Shown in pieces: positions 16,493 through 33,740 of a DNA stretch of 64,000 nt. The translations under genes and the position numbers were made by a program. The stretch lies in the NCBI RefSeq assembly GCF_009914755.1, contig NC_060929.1; one strand, given 5' to 3'. The first letter of the stretch is position 1. Every line of letters begins with the position of its first letter. The notes under the pieces are model-generated. The model was given only the letters and a program-made list of their open reading frames with translations. It was not told the DNA's origin and made no database searches. Origin of the DNA: the human T2T-CHM13v2.0 reference genome, Homo sapiens.

Positions 16493-17478
16493 GCCAGAAT
16501 TATAAGATAATAAAATGCATTGTTTTAAGCCACTAACTAGTAATTTATTACAGGAGCCATAGAAACCTAATATCACATCCTTTATTAAGTTAAGGAAAGT
16601 TTAGATGATTCTGAGCTTTCTGAGAGTTCTTATAATTAAAGCTTGTTTAATCGCTTAAAATTCATTTCTGTAGCTATTCATATGATCATGTGACTTTTCT
16701 TTTTTAGCCTTTAAATGGTAAGTCACTGATTATTTTTTCAATATTAAACTAGCCTGGCACTCCTAAAATAAACCACACTTGGTCATGATGTATTATCACT
16801 CTTTTATGTACTGCTGGATGTGATTTACTAGATATGTTTTATTGCAGACATGTGCATCTTGAAGTTCATGGGAGCTATTCATTTATAGTTTATTTTTTCT
16901 TATATTTTGTCATCAGGACAATGAAGCAAAATGAGAAATGTAAGAGATTTTGTAGAATTGGTAGAATTCTCCCCCAAAACCATCTGTGTCTGGAGTTTCT
17001 GAGTCCTCAGATAGTTGTGTTTTGTGTTTTGTCTGCAGATTTTAGTTATAATTAGTGTAATCAATTTAGATATGTTCTAATGAGCCTACTCAATGTATGC
17101 TGGCGTGTGATGGCTGTGGGTAGCATTTTTTTTACGTGGCTTGGTTTCTGCTTGATACAATGTACTTCTAATACCTGTGTATTTGTGTCTTTTCAGTTGT
17201 TATTTCTTCAAGCATTATCCCTTCTCCATTCTTTTTCTTTCTCCATGTCTTTTTCTGGGCCTTCAATTAGTCAGATGTTAGCACTTTTTACTATTTCCTT
17301 CTTATTTATTAATTACTCTTATATTTTCTATTTTCTTGTACATCTGAGTAATTTCTTTGGCTATATCTTCCATTGCAAAATTCTCAATTGTACTCTACTT
17401 TGCTACTAAACCATTTACTAATTTTTAAAATTTTAATAATTATATTTTTTATTTTTAAAAGTTTATTTTATTTGTTTC

Positions 17479-17889
17479 TGCAATGGCAAATTTTATGTGT
17501 CAACTTGGCCAGGCAATGGAGCCCAGTTGTTTGGTCAAATAATAACATAATGTTTTGTGAAAGTATTTTGTAGATGTAATTAACATTTACAACTAATTGA
17601 CCGTATGAAAAGGAGATTATCCTCAATAAATTGGCTGAGCCGCTTAGTTGAACACCTTAAGAGCAAAAACTGATTACCTTAAGAAGGAATTCTGCCTCAA
17701 CCATAACATAGAAATCCTGCCTGAGTTTCTATTTTGCCAGCCTGTCCTGTGGGTTTCAGAACTGACTCTGGAACATGAACTTTTGCCTGAGTTTCCAGCC
17801 TGCCAGCCTGCCTTACAATTTTCAAATTTGCAAGCCTCCACAATCACATGTGCCAATTTCTTAAAATAAAGCTAGATAGGTGATGATAA

Positions 17890-17941
<52 letters not shown>

Positions 17942-17949
17942 GATGGATG

Positions 17950-18004
<55 letters not shown>

Positions 18005-18074
18005 GATAGATAAACAGATAGATGGTTGAATCGAGTCTATTGGTTCTGTTTCTTTGGGCAACCCTAACTTATCA
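17479..18074 (+). mobile_element. MLT2 (ERVL) solo LTR, MLT2C/D-like
   Basis: Start TG..TGG..AATTTTATGTGTCAACTTGGC; end 'CTATTGGTTCTGTTTCT...AACCCTAACT'. Confidence 0.85.
17872..18022. repeat. Compound (GATA)n/(GGAT)n tetranucleotide STR inside MLT2
   Basis: Two long GATA runs separated by GGAT units. Confidence 0.97.
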
Positions 18075-19407
18075 AATTACTCTGGACATTTTAACAACTT
18101 CTTATTAATTGCTATTTTTGTTATCCCATTTTTATTTTGGTAAACATTTCCAAAGTAAGAATTTAAAAGTTTGTATCTGATACTTGAGATTTTAGGATCC
18201 TTAGGAAATCTAAATCTATTGTTTATTGTTTTGATGACTCTCTTCCATGTTGATTTGGTTTCTTGCATGTCTGATAATCTTTATAAGTTCATATTTGATT
18301 AATTTGATTATGTGGATAATGTGCTGACCAAATTTGAGGGTGTTTTCGTCTTGACAGAAATTCGCATTTGCTTCTTTTGAAAGTCAGGCAGTTTTACCAA
18401 ATTGAAGCTACTTCCACCCCTTCTTTTGGTCTCAGGATGTCTCATTCAGCAATCCCTACTTTGTGTTATTGGCTCAAGTCCTAATTCAGGGACCCCTGCA
18501 AACCACTCCCTAATTTCGGGATCAGCACCTGACTTCATGTAATAATATTCTTTGTGTTTTCTGGTCATATATTTTTGGCTACATGAGGACTTTCTTACTC
18601 CCTGGGAGTATATATTCACCTATATATGTACATACACATTTTATGCAGGATCTAATTATTTTATAACAGGAAAGCCTCCTCAAAATATCTGGTCTGACAT
18701 ACTGTCAGCAGCACACTGCCAGTTACTGAGGATTTTGTTAACAAATTATGCAGATAATTAACAGATAATTGGGTAGTTATGGAAATGAAATGTAATTTCA
18801 TAATAATTTAAAATCTATAGAATTTGTTTAAAAGAAGCATTTCAATACATTAAATTATATTTTAATGCTTTGAACTTTGTTTCTAATATAATAATGTCAG
18901 AGAATTCTAAACTTGGATATAAAATAGGGGGTGGCTGAACAAAATGTATCTCTAGAATTCTATAAATTCAACTTTGGGTTATTTACAACTCCAAACTGCA
19001 ATGTTCAGGGTTGTATTTATCACTGGAGATTTACAGAGCAAAAAGTCTGCTTGAAACATGTTTATATTTGGAGAAATCTTATTTTTGGCAGCAGTGGAAA
19101 AAACAGTGATTAGAAGGACCATCAGTCAAAAGATAAAAGATTTTTTCTCATCTATGAATCTCAGATTCATGGAAACTAAAGTTGAAAATAACTCAATAAG
19201 TCATCTAATTCATTCCTTTCTCAAAAAAAGAATTAATGTCTCAAAGAATTTAAAGGAAACGGTCTTGTTATTTTCATTTTTTAAGATTCCTGCAGGCCTA
19301 TCTTTTCTTTTTAAATTATTCTAGTTATATTATGATTTGTTTGACATGAAAGTCTTTCAAAACACCAGGAGTTAGAATGGTAATATTCTGTTAAAATGTT
19401 TAGAATA

Positions 19408-19770
<363 letters not shown>

Positions 19771-19994
19771 TTATCAGCTGATATTATACAACATCCTAAG
19801 TCTCAAATAAAATAAGTAGGGTGTGTCCTAAATAGGTGCTATTTTAGATAACAGATTAATCATGCAACTTCTCATATTTGAAACTTATAGTATACATTGT
19901 AGCTTGACTTCAGAGTAACCACAAGTGAATATACACATTATCTTTCCAGCCCACACCCCAAACTGTTCTTCAATGGCTCATTTCCAATTATTAT

Positions 19995-20590
19995 TTAACT
20001 GGACTCCCTGCACCTGTCTAAAGCTCCGTTCACTTAGTGACTAAATGGCTTTCTAAAACATAGATCTGACCTTGTCATATGACAATGCAAAATTTGTGAT
20101 ATTCCATTTCCCTACTAGTAAACTTTAAATACAGTTCATCTTGAGCCTTTCTACTTTCATTTCCCATGTATCAGTGTTCCTTCTTCCTTCTGTGTTTCCT
20201 ATGGTTTATTTATCTAATACTTCTGCTATTCTCTAAACATGTCCTCCAATCCCTGGACTATTTGCCTTTGAGTGTTTGCCAGTTGCCATCTCCCCTCCCT
20301 TACCTGCAATTCTGTAACCACATGCCAAAGCTCTAAATATTCCCTAAATCTCATTTCAGCTCGTATCTTCTTTGAAAGTCATTCCAGAATCCTTTTGTTA
20401 AAATAAATCTCTCCTCTCTCCCCTTCATTAATATTAATTTCTTCTTCCATTATAGCATTTAGTATAGCACTGTATTTGAAGTGTAGATGTAAATACATTA
20501 ACCTACTAATTTAGGCACGCAGTTGTAGGGAATCACATAGTAGCCATCTTTGGTTTCTTCTATAGAACTTGCATTGCATAATTTTATTGA
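19995..20590 (+). mobile_element. L2 fragments
   Basis: Degenerate 'CTTTCTAAAACATAGATCTGACC.TGTCA' and pyrimidine-rich L2 3' region. Confidence 0.5.
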
Positions 20591-20664
20591 TTATCATCTT
20601 TTTGCTACTGGTAAGAATTAACTAATTGTTTTCATGACACAGAGATTTGGACAGACATAAAAAT

Positions 20665-20915
20665 ATAGTGTATGAGTTATATATATATTATTTCTGGAGT
20701 CAAAAAAATTGAGATTATAATCCTTATCTAGCTACGTAATAAGGAGCCTCTGACAATGTACTTAATCTCTCTAGCTTCAGTTTCCTCATAAATAAAATAA
20801 ATTTACAATTATACCCAACTAACAAGATTTTTGTGAGGATCAAATGTTATGCTATTAAAACATTTAGCATAGTGCTTGCCATAGTAAACATCCAATAAAT
20901 GTTAGTTATTATTAG
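20665..20915 (+). mobile_element. MIR SINE
   Basis: Core 'CTTAATCTCTCT..CTTCAGTTTCCTCAT' and 3' 'CAATAAATGTTAGTTATTATT'. Confidence 0.8.
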
Positions 20916-22039
20916 TTATGATTATTTTTATAATTCCAAATGATTGCTATTTAAAATAAATCACAATAAAATAAAAAAGAATACAAGTATGTGATAGAAC
21001 TTGGAGACACCGTTTAGGTGTCATAGACACCCAAATCTATGTCATGTGACATATAATTTTAGGCTGTGGACTCAAAGAAGACCCTATGATAGAAAATTCT
21101 AATTATAAATAAATTAGGAAAAAAATTAAAATTTGCCTCTAGTTTCTTCTCCCTCTTTTTCTTTCACACACACGCACACATACCTATCCTCCCCCACCCC
21201 CACCCCCACCACATACACACACACACAACTAGATCTTTCTAGGTGCAGGCATTTCCAGCTTCTTTATTGAGTGATTTTACTATATCTCTGCTGGAGTTAC
21301 AGTTGTGAAGCGCAGTTTACCAAGCCTTAACTATAAATTGCATAAACACAAGTTTCTGAAATATTGGTACTACTATTCTTTGAATATGTATAAATCTAAT
21401 TAAAAGGAGACCTTGGGCTTGGAAAAGCCTTCCCACTTAGCATTCCAGATATAGGCACGAATCAATCCTTTTCCTTGTGGATCATCTGGGATTAGACTGG
21501 AATTTTTCGAAAGAAACATTTCTAAGCAGCTAAAGGTACCATAAGCATAGTGATAAAAAACAACTACTGAAAATGAAAATTTATAATATACCAGAGTTCA
21601 AACATTTTAACCAATTAATCGGCAATAATTTTGGTTGGACTTGTCTCACAGAGCTTCCCAAAATGAAAGTCCATGACACCTTATCATGCTCTCAACTAAT
21701 CTGAAAATCCTGCCCTAGAGATCCAGCATTTCAATCCACAAGCCATTCGGATATGAAGTATGCTTCTACCCTGACAGCAGTGCACAAGCTATAAAGGATA
21801 CAGAAGAGGCTCCCCACCAACTACCAACCCAAATTTTAAAATGGAGATTGTTGTGTGCTAACATCAGTAACAAAAAAAAAAAAAAAAAAAAGGATGAAAC
21901 ATGCAGGGAATAAGAAAAAACATGTCATCCAGCTTCAAATATGTAAATTAGTTCTTTTGAAGAAGCACAGATATTTGAGGCTGTAAATTACAATGTCAAA
22001 TTAGATAGAAATCTTCAATATAGTTCAGTCACAAAATCA

Positions 22040-22260
22040 TGCAGGGCTCTTTTGGACTTAACACTGAGAAAGATTGTATCTCTTGTTTCATACAACAGAG
22101 AGATGTGATGTGATAGTATTTTCCATATGAATGATGGGCCTGCACCTGGAATACAGCATTCAATTTGTGCTTGTTGGTGCCCAAAAGATCTACATAAATT
22201 AAAAGGAGTTCAGAGGAGGTGGAGAAAAAAAATGATTGTGAAATGAGAAATTTGATGGAT
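22040..22260 (+). mobile_element. L3/CR1 LINE fragment
   Basis: 'CACCTGGAATACAGCATTCAATT...GGAGTTCAGAGGAGG' resembles CR1 RT C-terminal region. Confidence 0.5.
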
Positions 22261-22497
22261 GGACTGAAGACAAAAAAAGATATTAATACATTTGATATTT
22301 TTGTCTAAGCAAAGCCCTTAAGGGAGAATTTATTTATGGGGGAAATCCTACTAATACCAGAAAGTTCTGAGCCTTGGATTGAGCAAAGAATACAGACTTG
22401 GATATAAATTAATCTGTAATGTTTTGGACATATACCAAAATAATGAGATGAAATTATGAGTAAACATATTATCTGTGAAAACCAATTAGTGGCCAAC

Positions 22498-22655
22498 AAA
22501 TGCTACTCAAAGTGTGGCGCGGAAGATTGCAGCATCAGCATCCCTCAGAAAGGCAGAATCTCAGGTCCCAACACAGAGCTTCTGAGTCCAGTTTTACATT
22601 TTAATGAGATCTCCAGGTCATTTATCAGCCTACAATAAATCTTGGAAAATACTGG
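22498..22655. mobile_element. MER5A hAT MITE
   Basis: 'CTCAAAGTGTGG...CAGCATCAGCATC...GCAGAATCTCAGG...CATTTTAA..AGATCTCCAGGT'. Confidence 0.75.
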
Positions 22656-22679
22656 TAATATATCAAATAATACGTTTGG

Positions 22680-22840
22680 GGCAGGGCTGAGTTTAAATTT
22701 TGACTTTGCCTCTTATTAGCTATGTGACCATGAATAAATCACCTAATCACTACATACTTGAGATTCCTCATCTGTAAAAGGAACATAATTACATCAACTT
22801 AATGAGAGTTGCATTGAAGATTATTGAAATAATACAAATA
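22680..22840 (+). mobile_element. MIR SINE fragment
   Basis: 'TAGCTATGTGACC...TTCCTCATCTGTAAAA'. Confidence 0.7.
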
Positions 22841-23467
22841 AAATATTTCTCAGAGTAGAGAGGGACCTGCAAATTGTAGCATGTATAAATGGTATAATGG
22901 TTGACTGTTTCTGAGAAAGGAAAAATGAAATGTGGGAGAAAAAAAGAGGAAATAAAAGAGAAGAATAATAAAAGGGAAAAGTGAAGAATTATTAAAAGAT
23001 TATGTTCTGGACAGAAGTGAGAGCACTTTTCCAACTTTCACCCACAAAATTCAGTCCCCACACCCTGGGTATATTGTCTGCTTTATCACTCATTTTTTTT
23101 CTACTTTCTCTTTAGTATAGTTAAGTATTCTTTTGCCTTATTCTGTGACCCAAACATTCTCTCAATGTGTCACACCTATGAGACCTCCCAAAAAGCAGTG
23201 ACAGGAGACCTGCTTAAACCTTTTGAGTGGGGAAGTTGGAAATCATTGTACCCATGTGTCTCTCCACATTCATGTTCACTAGAGCTCTGAGTAAGCTGAA
23301 CATCTTGCAATGTCAATGTTTATCTTTTTGTGCAAACTCTTGAAGAGAAGACGCACAAAAGCTGTCAGAAGACATTGATCTCTGAAAATTCCACAAAATG
23401 AAATTTCCAGTTATATTTTAGGTCTTGTTGTGGGGTCCAGAACTAGGCGAAGGGTTGATAATGAGAT

Positions 23468-23920
23468 TGTTAAAGAAAAAAGTATTCTAACACTTGTTAA
23501 AATGATAAGGAAGGCTTCATTCAGGACTCGTGGTATATATATCAAGACTGTCACCGTAAGGGAGAGAGATTGGGCTGAACTCCAAAAACAGCAAAGACCT
23601 CTGAGGATTTACAGCCAATGAGCAGAATGTGGGGTCACTGAGTAAAAATTACAAGAAGAAATAGCAATATTAGGGGGATTATTGCTAAACCAATCTAGGG
23701 TTCTTGCTGAAGGTAGGTCAGGGTCATCAGAGATCAAGGGCAGAAAGTGAAGAATTTGATGAGATATGAAGGGTGAGGGATCTTCTCTAAGCTGCCTGAG
23801 CATGATTTGTGCTGAAACTGAGTTACGGAGGCAGAAGACAGTACCCAAGGATGAGATCTAGTTGGAAAGAGTGCTCAGAGGAGCCTGACTAAAGTTTGGG
23901 CAAGGAAGGAGTCTTTGTCG
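23468..23920 (-). mobile_element. MER31-like ERV1 solo LTR
   Basis: Reverse complement begins .GACAAAGACTCCTTCCTTGCCCAAACTTTAGTCAGGCTCCTCTGAG, matching the MER31 5' end. Confidence 0.78.
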
Positions 23921-23935
23921 AAGGTAAGGGTCCAC

Positions 23936-23938
<3 letters not shown>

Positions 23939-23967
<29 letters not shown>
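23939..23967. repeat. (AC)n microsatellite
   Basis: Direct reading. Confidence 0.95.
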
Positions 23968-23970
<3 letters not shown>

Positions 23971-24225
23971 CATATGGAAATTAAACTCCCTAATCTGCCA
24001 TCAGGCAAATGCCATTTTCTAGGGACATCATAACCACAAATGTAAGTGAACAAAAAGAAAGGCCTTTAGGAAAGGGTCCGGCAAACAGCATACGGTATAA
24101 TTTCAAGAGCAAAGGGATGACTTGCTACTGCTGGCAATAACCAAAACAATACACAATGAAATAACGAAACAAACAAAACATCATCATGACTTAGAGAAGC
24201 TGGAAAAAGGGGAAATGCAATACTG

Positions 24226-24227
<2 letters not shown>

Positions 24228-24258
<31 letters not shown>
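24228..24258. repeat. (GT)n microsatellite
   Basis: Direct reading. Confidence 0.95.
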
Positions 24259-24259
<1 letters not shown>

Positions 24260-26019
24260 CAGAGAAAGAAAGAGTGAGAATTGAAAAGTTATTATAAAAT
24301 TTAAAATTAGAGGATGTATTGTTGTTAGACGATTCTTTGAAGGTTATTAAGTTCCTTCAAGAAGGAACATCAAGAAGGCAACATGACTCCCTGACTTGCT
24401 TTCATTTGTAATACATTTCTACTCACATCAAATAAAGGAGCTAAGTTGTGTATTAATGTTAATGATGCTAATATTTTTATGGGTACTTGTACCTCCAACA
24501 CTAGTGTCTCTAGGGCAATGGCTGTTATAAAAAGTCAAAGTACTGTAAATTTTGTATCAAAAAACTATAAATTTTATTATTATATAAATATTATATATCA
24601 TATATTAACATCCTTTACTGATTAAAAAAATCCCTTTGCTACTAAAGCAGTGAAATGTATAACAAAGCACATTTTTCACTTCAACAAGATTCTTTTGTAA
24701 AAGACTATTCAGCTTTAAGATCATTTATCTTGTATATGAAAATGAATTTTCTCAAAGTGACTCATATTTTTATTTAAAATGCCTCTGTAATGCTAAAAAA
24801 AAAAACTCATGCAATAGAATTCTCTAAGAGCAGGCAGCCCATCAAAATTATTTCTTATTGAACAAGAGTGCCCTATGGAGGTAGCCATAATTTACATTAA
24901 CATGAAATTGAGAAACATACATTTCATTAGCATAAAACCTTATACTGTACAGATACATCTTCAGCTTGTATTTCCTTTTAGAAGTTGATAAATGCAAGTT
25001 CCATATTTCAGATAGAGTAAATCTTAGGAGAAGAAATAAGATATGCCTAACAGCTGTAGCATAATTAAAATCTCATTTGCTATATATAATACTGAGAAGG
25101 GTAAGTAATTACAGAAAAGGAAGTGTATGATAATCTCTTCTTTGAATAACAGGAATTCGGTATTTGGTTCCCTACTGACAGTCATGTAACCTAAATTTAA
25201 TATTTATTTGAATATTTGCTATTTATAATGTAGATATAATAAGTTTACTTAAAATTTAAAATTATATTAGCACTCAAACTGTTGAGTGTAAATAATTCTT
25301 GCTTTGGTGACTTTTTTCCCACTTACACCATGTTTCAGTGAAAATTCAAATAAACATGGTTACATCATATGTGAACATTTGTCTAATTATTAGTGAGAGA
25401 AGAAAATAATGATTTTTCCCTGAGGATTTTAAGTAAACTGAGTATTTGATTTCTGAGAATGAATTAAAGGCAAAACACATGTCCCTGATAAGACTTGTGT
25501 TTTAGGCCCTAGCTATCTGCAAAGCTAAAACTTTGGATGGAAAAAGGATTGGAAACCGACGTGGAACCAAAAAAGAGGCCCTCAAAATGCATCTTTCATA
25601 TCCACTTTAATTCCAATGTCACTTAGAAACATTTTCACAAGAGCAAAGCAGACAGTTGTTTTATCACCTATTAACAGCTCTTTATGAATTACTTTATCTG
25701 CCGCTTTCCCAGTGGACACAGTCATCATGTGCTCATGCCTGTACTATGCATAACGGGAGATGGAGACATGGGGTGGGGTCATTATGGGACCCTGTCTGAC
25801 ATTCTGGTGTATGTAGGTAGAATTAAGTATATGTAGGGCACAATAAAATAGAGGCCGCAGGAAGAGGAGCATTGAAAACAAACTGTTCACTCTTGGAAAT
25901 TGAGGTTAGGACCTGCCCAGTGGGGAGAAGGCTTGAAGAAAAACCTGTCTTTTCTAAAAGAGTGCCTTCTTTGACTTTCATCTATGGGACCATTATCAGT
26001 GTCTACTGCTAATGTCTGA

Positions 26020-26500
26020 AAGAGACTACAAAAAAATAATTTGTTCATTAATCAGCACCAAGTTTATTGTCTACTGCAAGAAGAGAGACTACTACCTTAA
26101 GAGAGTCTTAGGAGAACCTTAGATGGAAAGGACAAAATTGTGACATTTGTAAGTTTGGGGAATCTAGTTTAAAGGTGAGTCTTTTCAATGCTGAGGGCTA
26201 GGTAGGAGTTAGGTTAAGGTTGTGGTATGATAGTTTAAGATTAGTGAACACAGTGAGGATTTGAAAGGAAGCTTGAGTAGTAAAAAGTCATTTGCTGATC
26301 CAAGTTGGACAAACTATTGAAGAGAAGTCTATTGTTCAGATACACGGATTTTCAGGAAGTAAGCCTGAAATAATACAGTATTTGCCACTTTATATTCCTG
26401 GGCAAGAAGCTGTTGGAATAATAAAGTCATGCTAATGTGCAACAATGAGCTAGTGGCTAAATGATTTAAATTCTTACTGTATTGAGTCTTAGGAAGCTGA
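26020..26500 (-). mobile_element. Possible old ERV LTR (family uncertain)
   Basis: Antisense AATAAA near one end ('aagtttattg'), TG..CA-like terminus 'gctgaca', LTR-like composition. Confidence 0.35.
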
Positions 26501-27929
26501 CAGCCTTGCTATTAGGGATAATACTTGCAAGATCTTTGATTTTTTGTTGCAAATTCATAATGTTCTTATCTTTCTAAGCTTCCAGAAGTGAAGCATGGGG
26601 CTCACCACTGCCCATAGCATTTGACAAAGAGTACAGTGTATGCTGCTTCTTTGATACTGATCCTGAGCATTGGGAGAGATAAAATTCAAAATAAACTGCC
26701 AGAAATTATCCATCTGCAGTGCCTCTTATTTTAACACACTGCAACCCCAATTCATTGTTTGTGCAAGACTGGGATTGCACAGTATATTTTTAGAGCCATA
26801 TGCTGACGATAGAGGTGATATTTATTACTAATAGTATAGGTCTTATCCGACTTTGGCATACAAGAACCGCAAACGTCTGCAAACAAAAAAAGAAGATTCT
26901 TTGACTATATGATAATCATATGATCAGGAGGCTTTCTAAAGGAGGAAATCAAGACAAAAAAGAAGAAATTACAAGATACATTTTTGACATTATTACATCT
27001 CTTTTCATTAATAAATATTTTCTATAAGAAAGACATAAATACTGCTATATAGAAATCCTTGTGAATCAATAAATCTCATTACACATGCAGATATATCTAA
27101 GCTGACAGCTACAGAGAGACAGCACTTTATTGTGGAAAATACATAAAAGGTCTCTGAGTCCGAATCCTAGATGTGGAACATGTAAGACTTTTAATAGTTG
27201 CAGCCTCAGTCTACTTTCCTTTAAATAGGAAAAAATATAAACAACATATTTTACAAATTAGTTATGATGATTAAATGAAATACTTGAAGGATATTTGAAA
27301 GTTATTTCAGTAAAGAAATAAAAGGTTACTATTAAAATTAATTCTGTATAACTAGTTATTTAACACGTAGGAAGATGGTATAAGATTCTGTTTCTTCACC
27401 AAAACAATCTGTCCCCAAGAAGAAAGTCTAAGGTTATCTCAATCATATCTCCTTGAGCTTAGTTTCTTACATTAAAAATAATGAATAACTATCTAAAAAT
27501 TACATAATGCTGATACATCAAAAGAATAACAATAGACTTAATTCAATAATCACTAAAATTGTCATTAATATCAAGCTTTTAAAATCATATTTGCTAAATC
27601 AAGTATATTCATAGTCTTTACTTGATAAACAAACTAAAGAAAACCAGTGCATCTTATTTTTGTAGTTCTTGTATTTTTAATTTTTTTTGTACATGAAATT
27701 TGATTTTTACCGAAGTTTTCTCAGTAAAACTTAAGCACAACTTAAAATATGATTGTCATTTTTCAAGAGGAACTGGAAAGGAGAAAAAATCAAATGTGTA
27801 AGGTAGGAATAACTGAAAGCAAGTTAAATCAGAACTGTTTTTCAGTAAGGACAGGTTACTTAGGTGTCTGTTGATACTGATTGTGGCAGCCTACAGACCA
27901 CTAACTTATTATTTTAATTAAGATACTTA

Positions 27930-27980
27930 GTCTATAGCCATACCAGATTGAACACCCCCAATCTCATTTGATTTCAAAAG
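27930..27980 (+). pseudogene. 5S rRNA 5'-half retropseudogene fragment
   Basis: GTCTATAGCCATACCAGATTGAACACCCCCAATCTCATTTGATTTCAAAAG aligns without gaps to 5S nt 1-51 (GTCTACGGCCATACCACCCTGAACGCGCCCGATCTCGTCTGATCTCGGAAG), ~38/51 identical, mismatches mostly CpG-type transitions. Confidence 0.8.
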
Positions 27981-28147
27981 GTTCTTTCATTCTCTCTTAA
28001 AATTCTAAAATTACATATAGTTTGGGACCACAGTCAGCCCTATGCAAGCTAGAGCGGAGTACAGCCCAAAGCTTTGAGAGAATAGAAATTAAGAGCCTTT
28101 CTGTAGAAGCTGGTTGACAGAAAAATGGAGAGGAGTAAAGGAGAGAC

Positions 28148-28450
28148 TGACAGGTGTGGTGGCTCACACCTGGAATCTCAACACTTTGGGAGACAAAGGC
28201 AGAAGGATCACTTGAGGGCAGGAGTTTGAGACCAGCCTAGACAACATAGTGAGACTGCATATATACAAAATTATTATTTTTTTTAATTAGCCAGGCATGG
28301 TGGTAAGCATCTGTAGTCCTAGTTACTCAGGAGGCTGAGGAAGGAAGAGTGCTTGAGGCCAGGAGTGCAAGACTGCAATTAACTATTATCAAAACACTGC
28401 ACTCCAGCCAGGTGTCAAGGTTAGATCGTGTCTCTCAAAAAAAAAAAAAA
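28148..28450 (+). mobile_element. AluJ
   Basis: Diverged dimer with 'GGATCACTTGAG..CAGGAGTTTGAGACC', 'GCTTGAGGCCAGGAG', A-tail. Confidence 0.9.
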
Positions 28451-29899
28451 TCTATGTGACAATAGTGTAATGCAGAAATTGCACTATATATTTGAATAGT
28501 CCTTTATACTTGTCAAATGGCTTTCAAGAAGATTGCCTCATGAGATCCTCATCACTGCAGAAGTGAGATTCTATACTATTTCCATTTGCAGACTTTTTTG
28601 AAAAATGAGATTCAAAAAAGTTGAATACCTTTTCAGAGTCTAATAAATACAAAATGAGAATTAAAGCCTGTTGCCTGCTAGAATAGATTTAAAAGGCACC
28701 TTATAGTGAAGAAGAATGTGTTTCCACTTAAAAATTTTAGCAACAGATAATGATTATTTATTAAATAATGGTCGACCTCACTTTATACAGTGTTGGCCCC
28801 TCTAAAGGAACTCACTTCTTCTTTGCTCCTCACTATATCCCCAGTAGTAAGCTTAATTTGGAGGATCAAGACCCAGGACAACTTTGGGCCTTGGTGCTAG
28901 ATATGGAGTTTTCTATTTGGTCGAAGAAGAAGATGCAAGACCTTTCAGGCCATACTGCTTCTCTTCTCTCGGAATCCAACCTCCTTGCCTCATCTCCCTT
29001 TCTTGACCAGCATAACTTATATAGTAAGAGAGGCCTAGAACCATTTCGCAGATGGGGAAAGATCTGTCTTGCTTTCTTCTCTTAGAAAATTTAATGAAAA
29101 ACTTCTAGGATATGGTGAGCTGGAAGAAGTGTTTCTCTCATCCTTATAATGAAAAAGAGCCAGATTAACTTAACAGTTATGATTTTTTTCCCCATTAGAG
29201 AGCTGAGTTCACAGAGCAAACAATGGCCCAAAATCTGAGAAAAGATTGGTCCCTGCAAAGATAAGGGAAACACAAGCACATGCTTTCATGGATAGACACG
29301 ACCCAGAAGCAGACCCCCATGAGATGAATGATGAATTCTAAGTGTGGGCTGGTGGGATAGTGTGAAGTCCAGCAAAGAGACCTTGAGGGACATGACATGC
29401 TCTTATAGTCTCTCTTCCAGGAACTCAAAACAGATACTCACAGAAAGTTCTGTAAGAGCATTAAGAATATGCCTATTTTGCTGAGAAAGAACAGTCATGA
29501 ATGAGGAGAAACTTTGGTCCTTAGGGCACTGGAGAAAATGCAGGTCAGCTTGAAGAAGGGAATAGAGGGGAAAAAATACCTTCTCCTGGGCAAAGAGCAG
29601 GACTATGCTCACAATTGTGAGATGGGAGGAGAAGAGAACTGAGAGGACCACACCTCTGAAATCCACGATTTGATGCCAGTTTAAGACAGAAGTTTAATTA
29701 GAACAGCAGAGAATACTCTGCCATGATGCCTTCTACTAGCAAACGAACACACTTCGAATTACAGCTAAGAGCAGAATTTGCAGGAAGAGAACAGAAATGG
29801 AATATAAGCAGGCAAAAAGATCTTCTAGGAGGAAAAGCTTCAAGAGGCAACCTAAAGTACAGCACACAGATGAGACATTACTCTGGCATACAAATTCTC

Positions 29900-33740
<3,841 letters not shown>

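Larger units (their letters stand above)
16575..18720 (-). mobile_element. Old L1M fragments (antisense), interrupted by MLT2 LTR
   Basis: T-rich strand with degenerate antisense ORF2/ORF1 motifs ('aaaccacacttggtcatgatgtattatc'); boundaries approximate. Confidence 0.55.

Noticed and set aside
17861-18061. ORF with IYLS repeats; other hydrophobic low-complexity ORFs (1927-2238, 17080-17573, 22789-23034)
   Set aside because: Translations of the GATA STR or of T-rich antisense L1/low-complexity DNA
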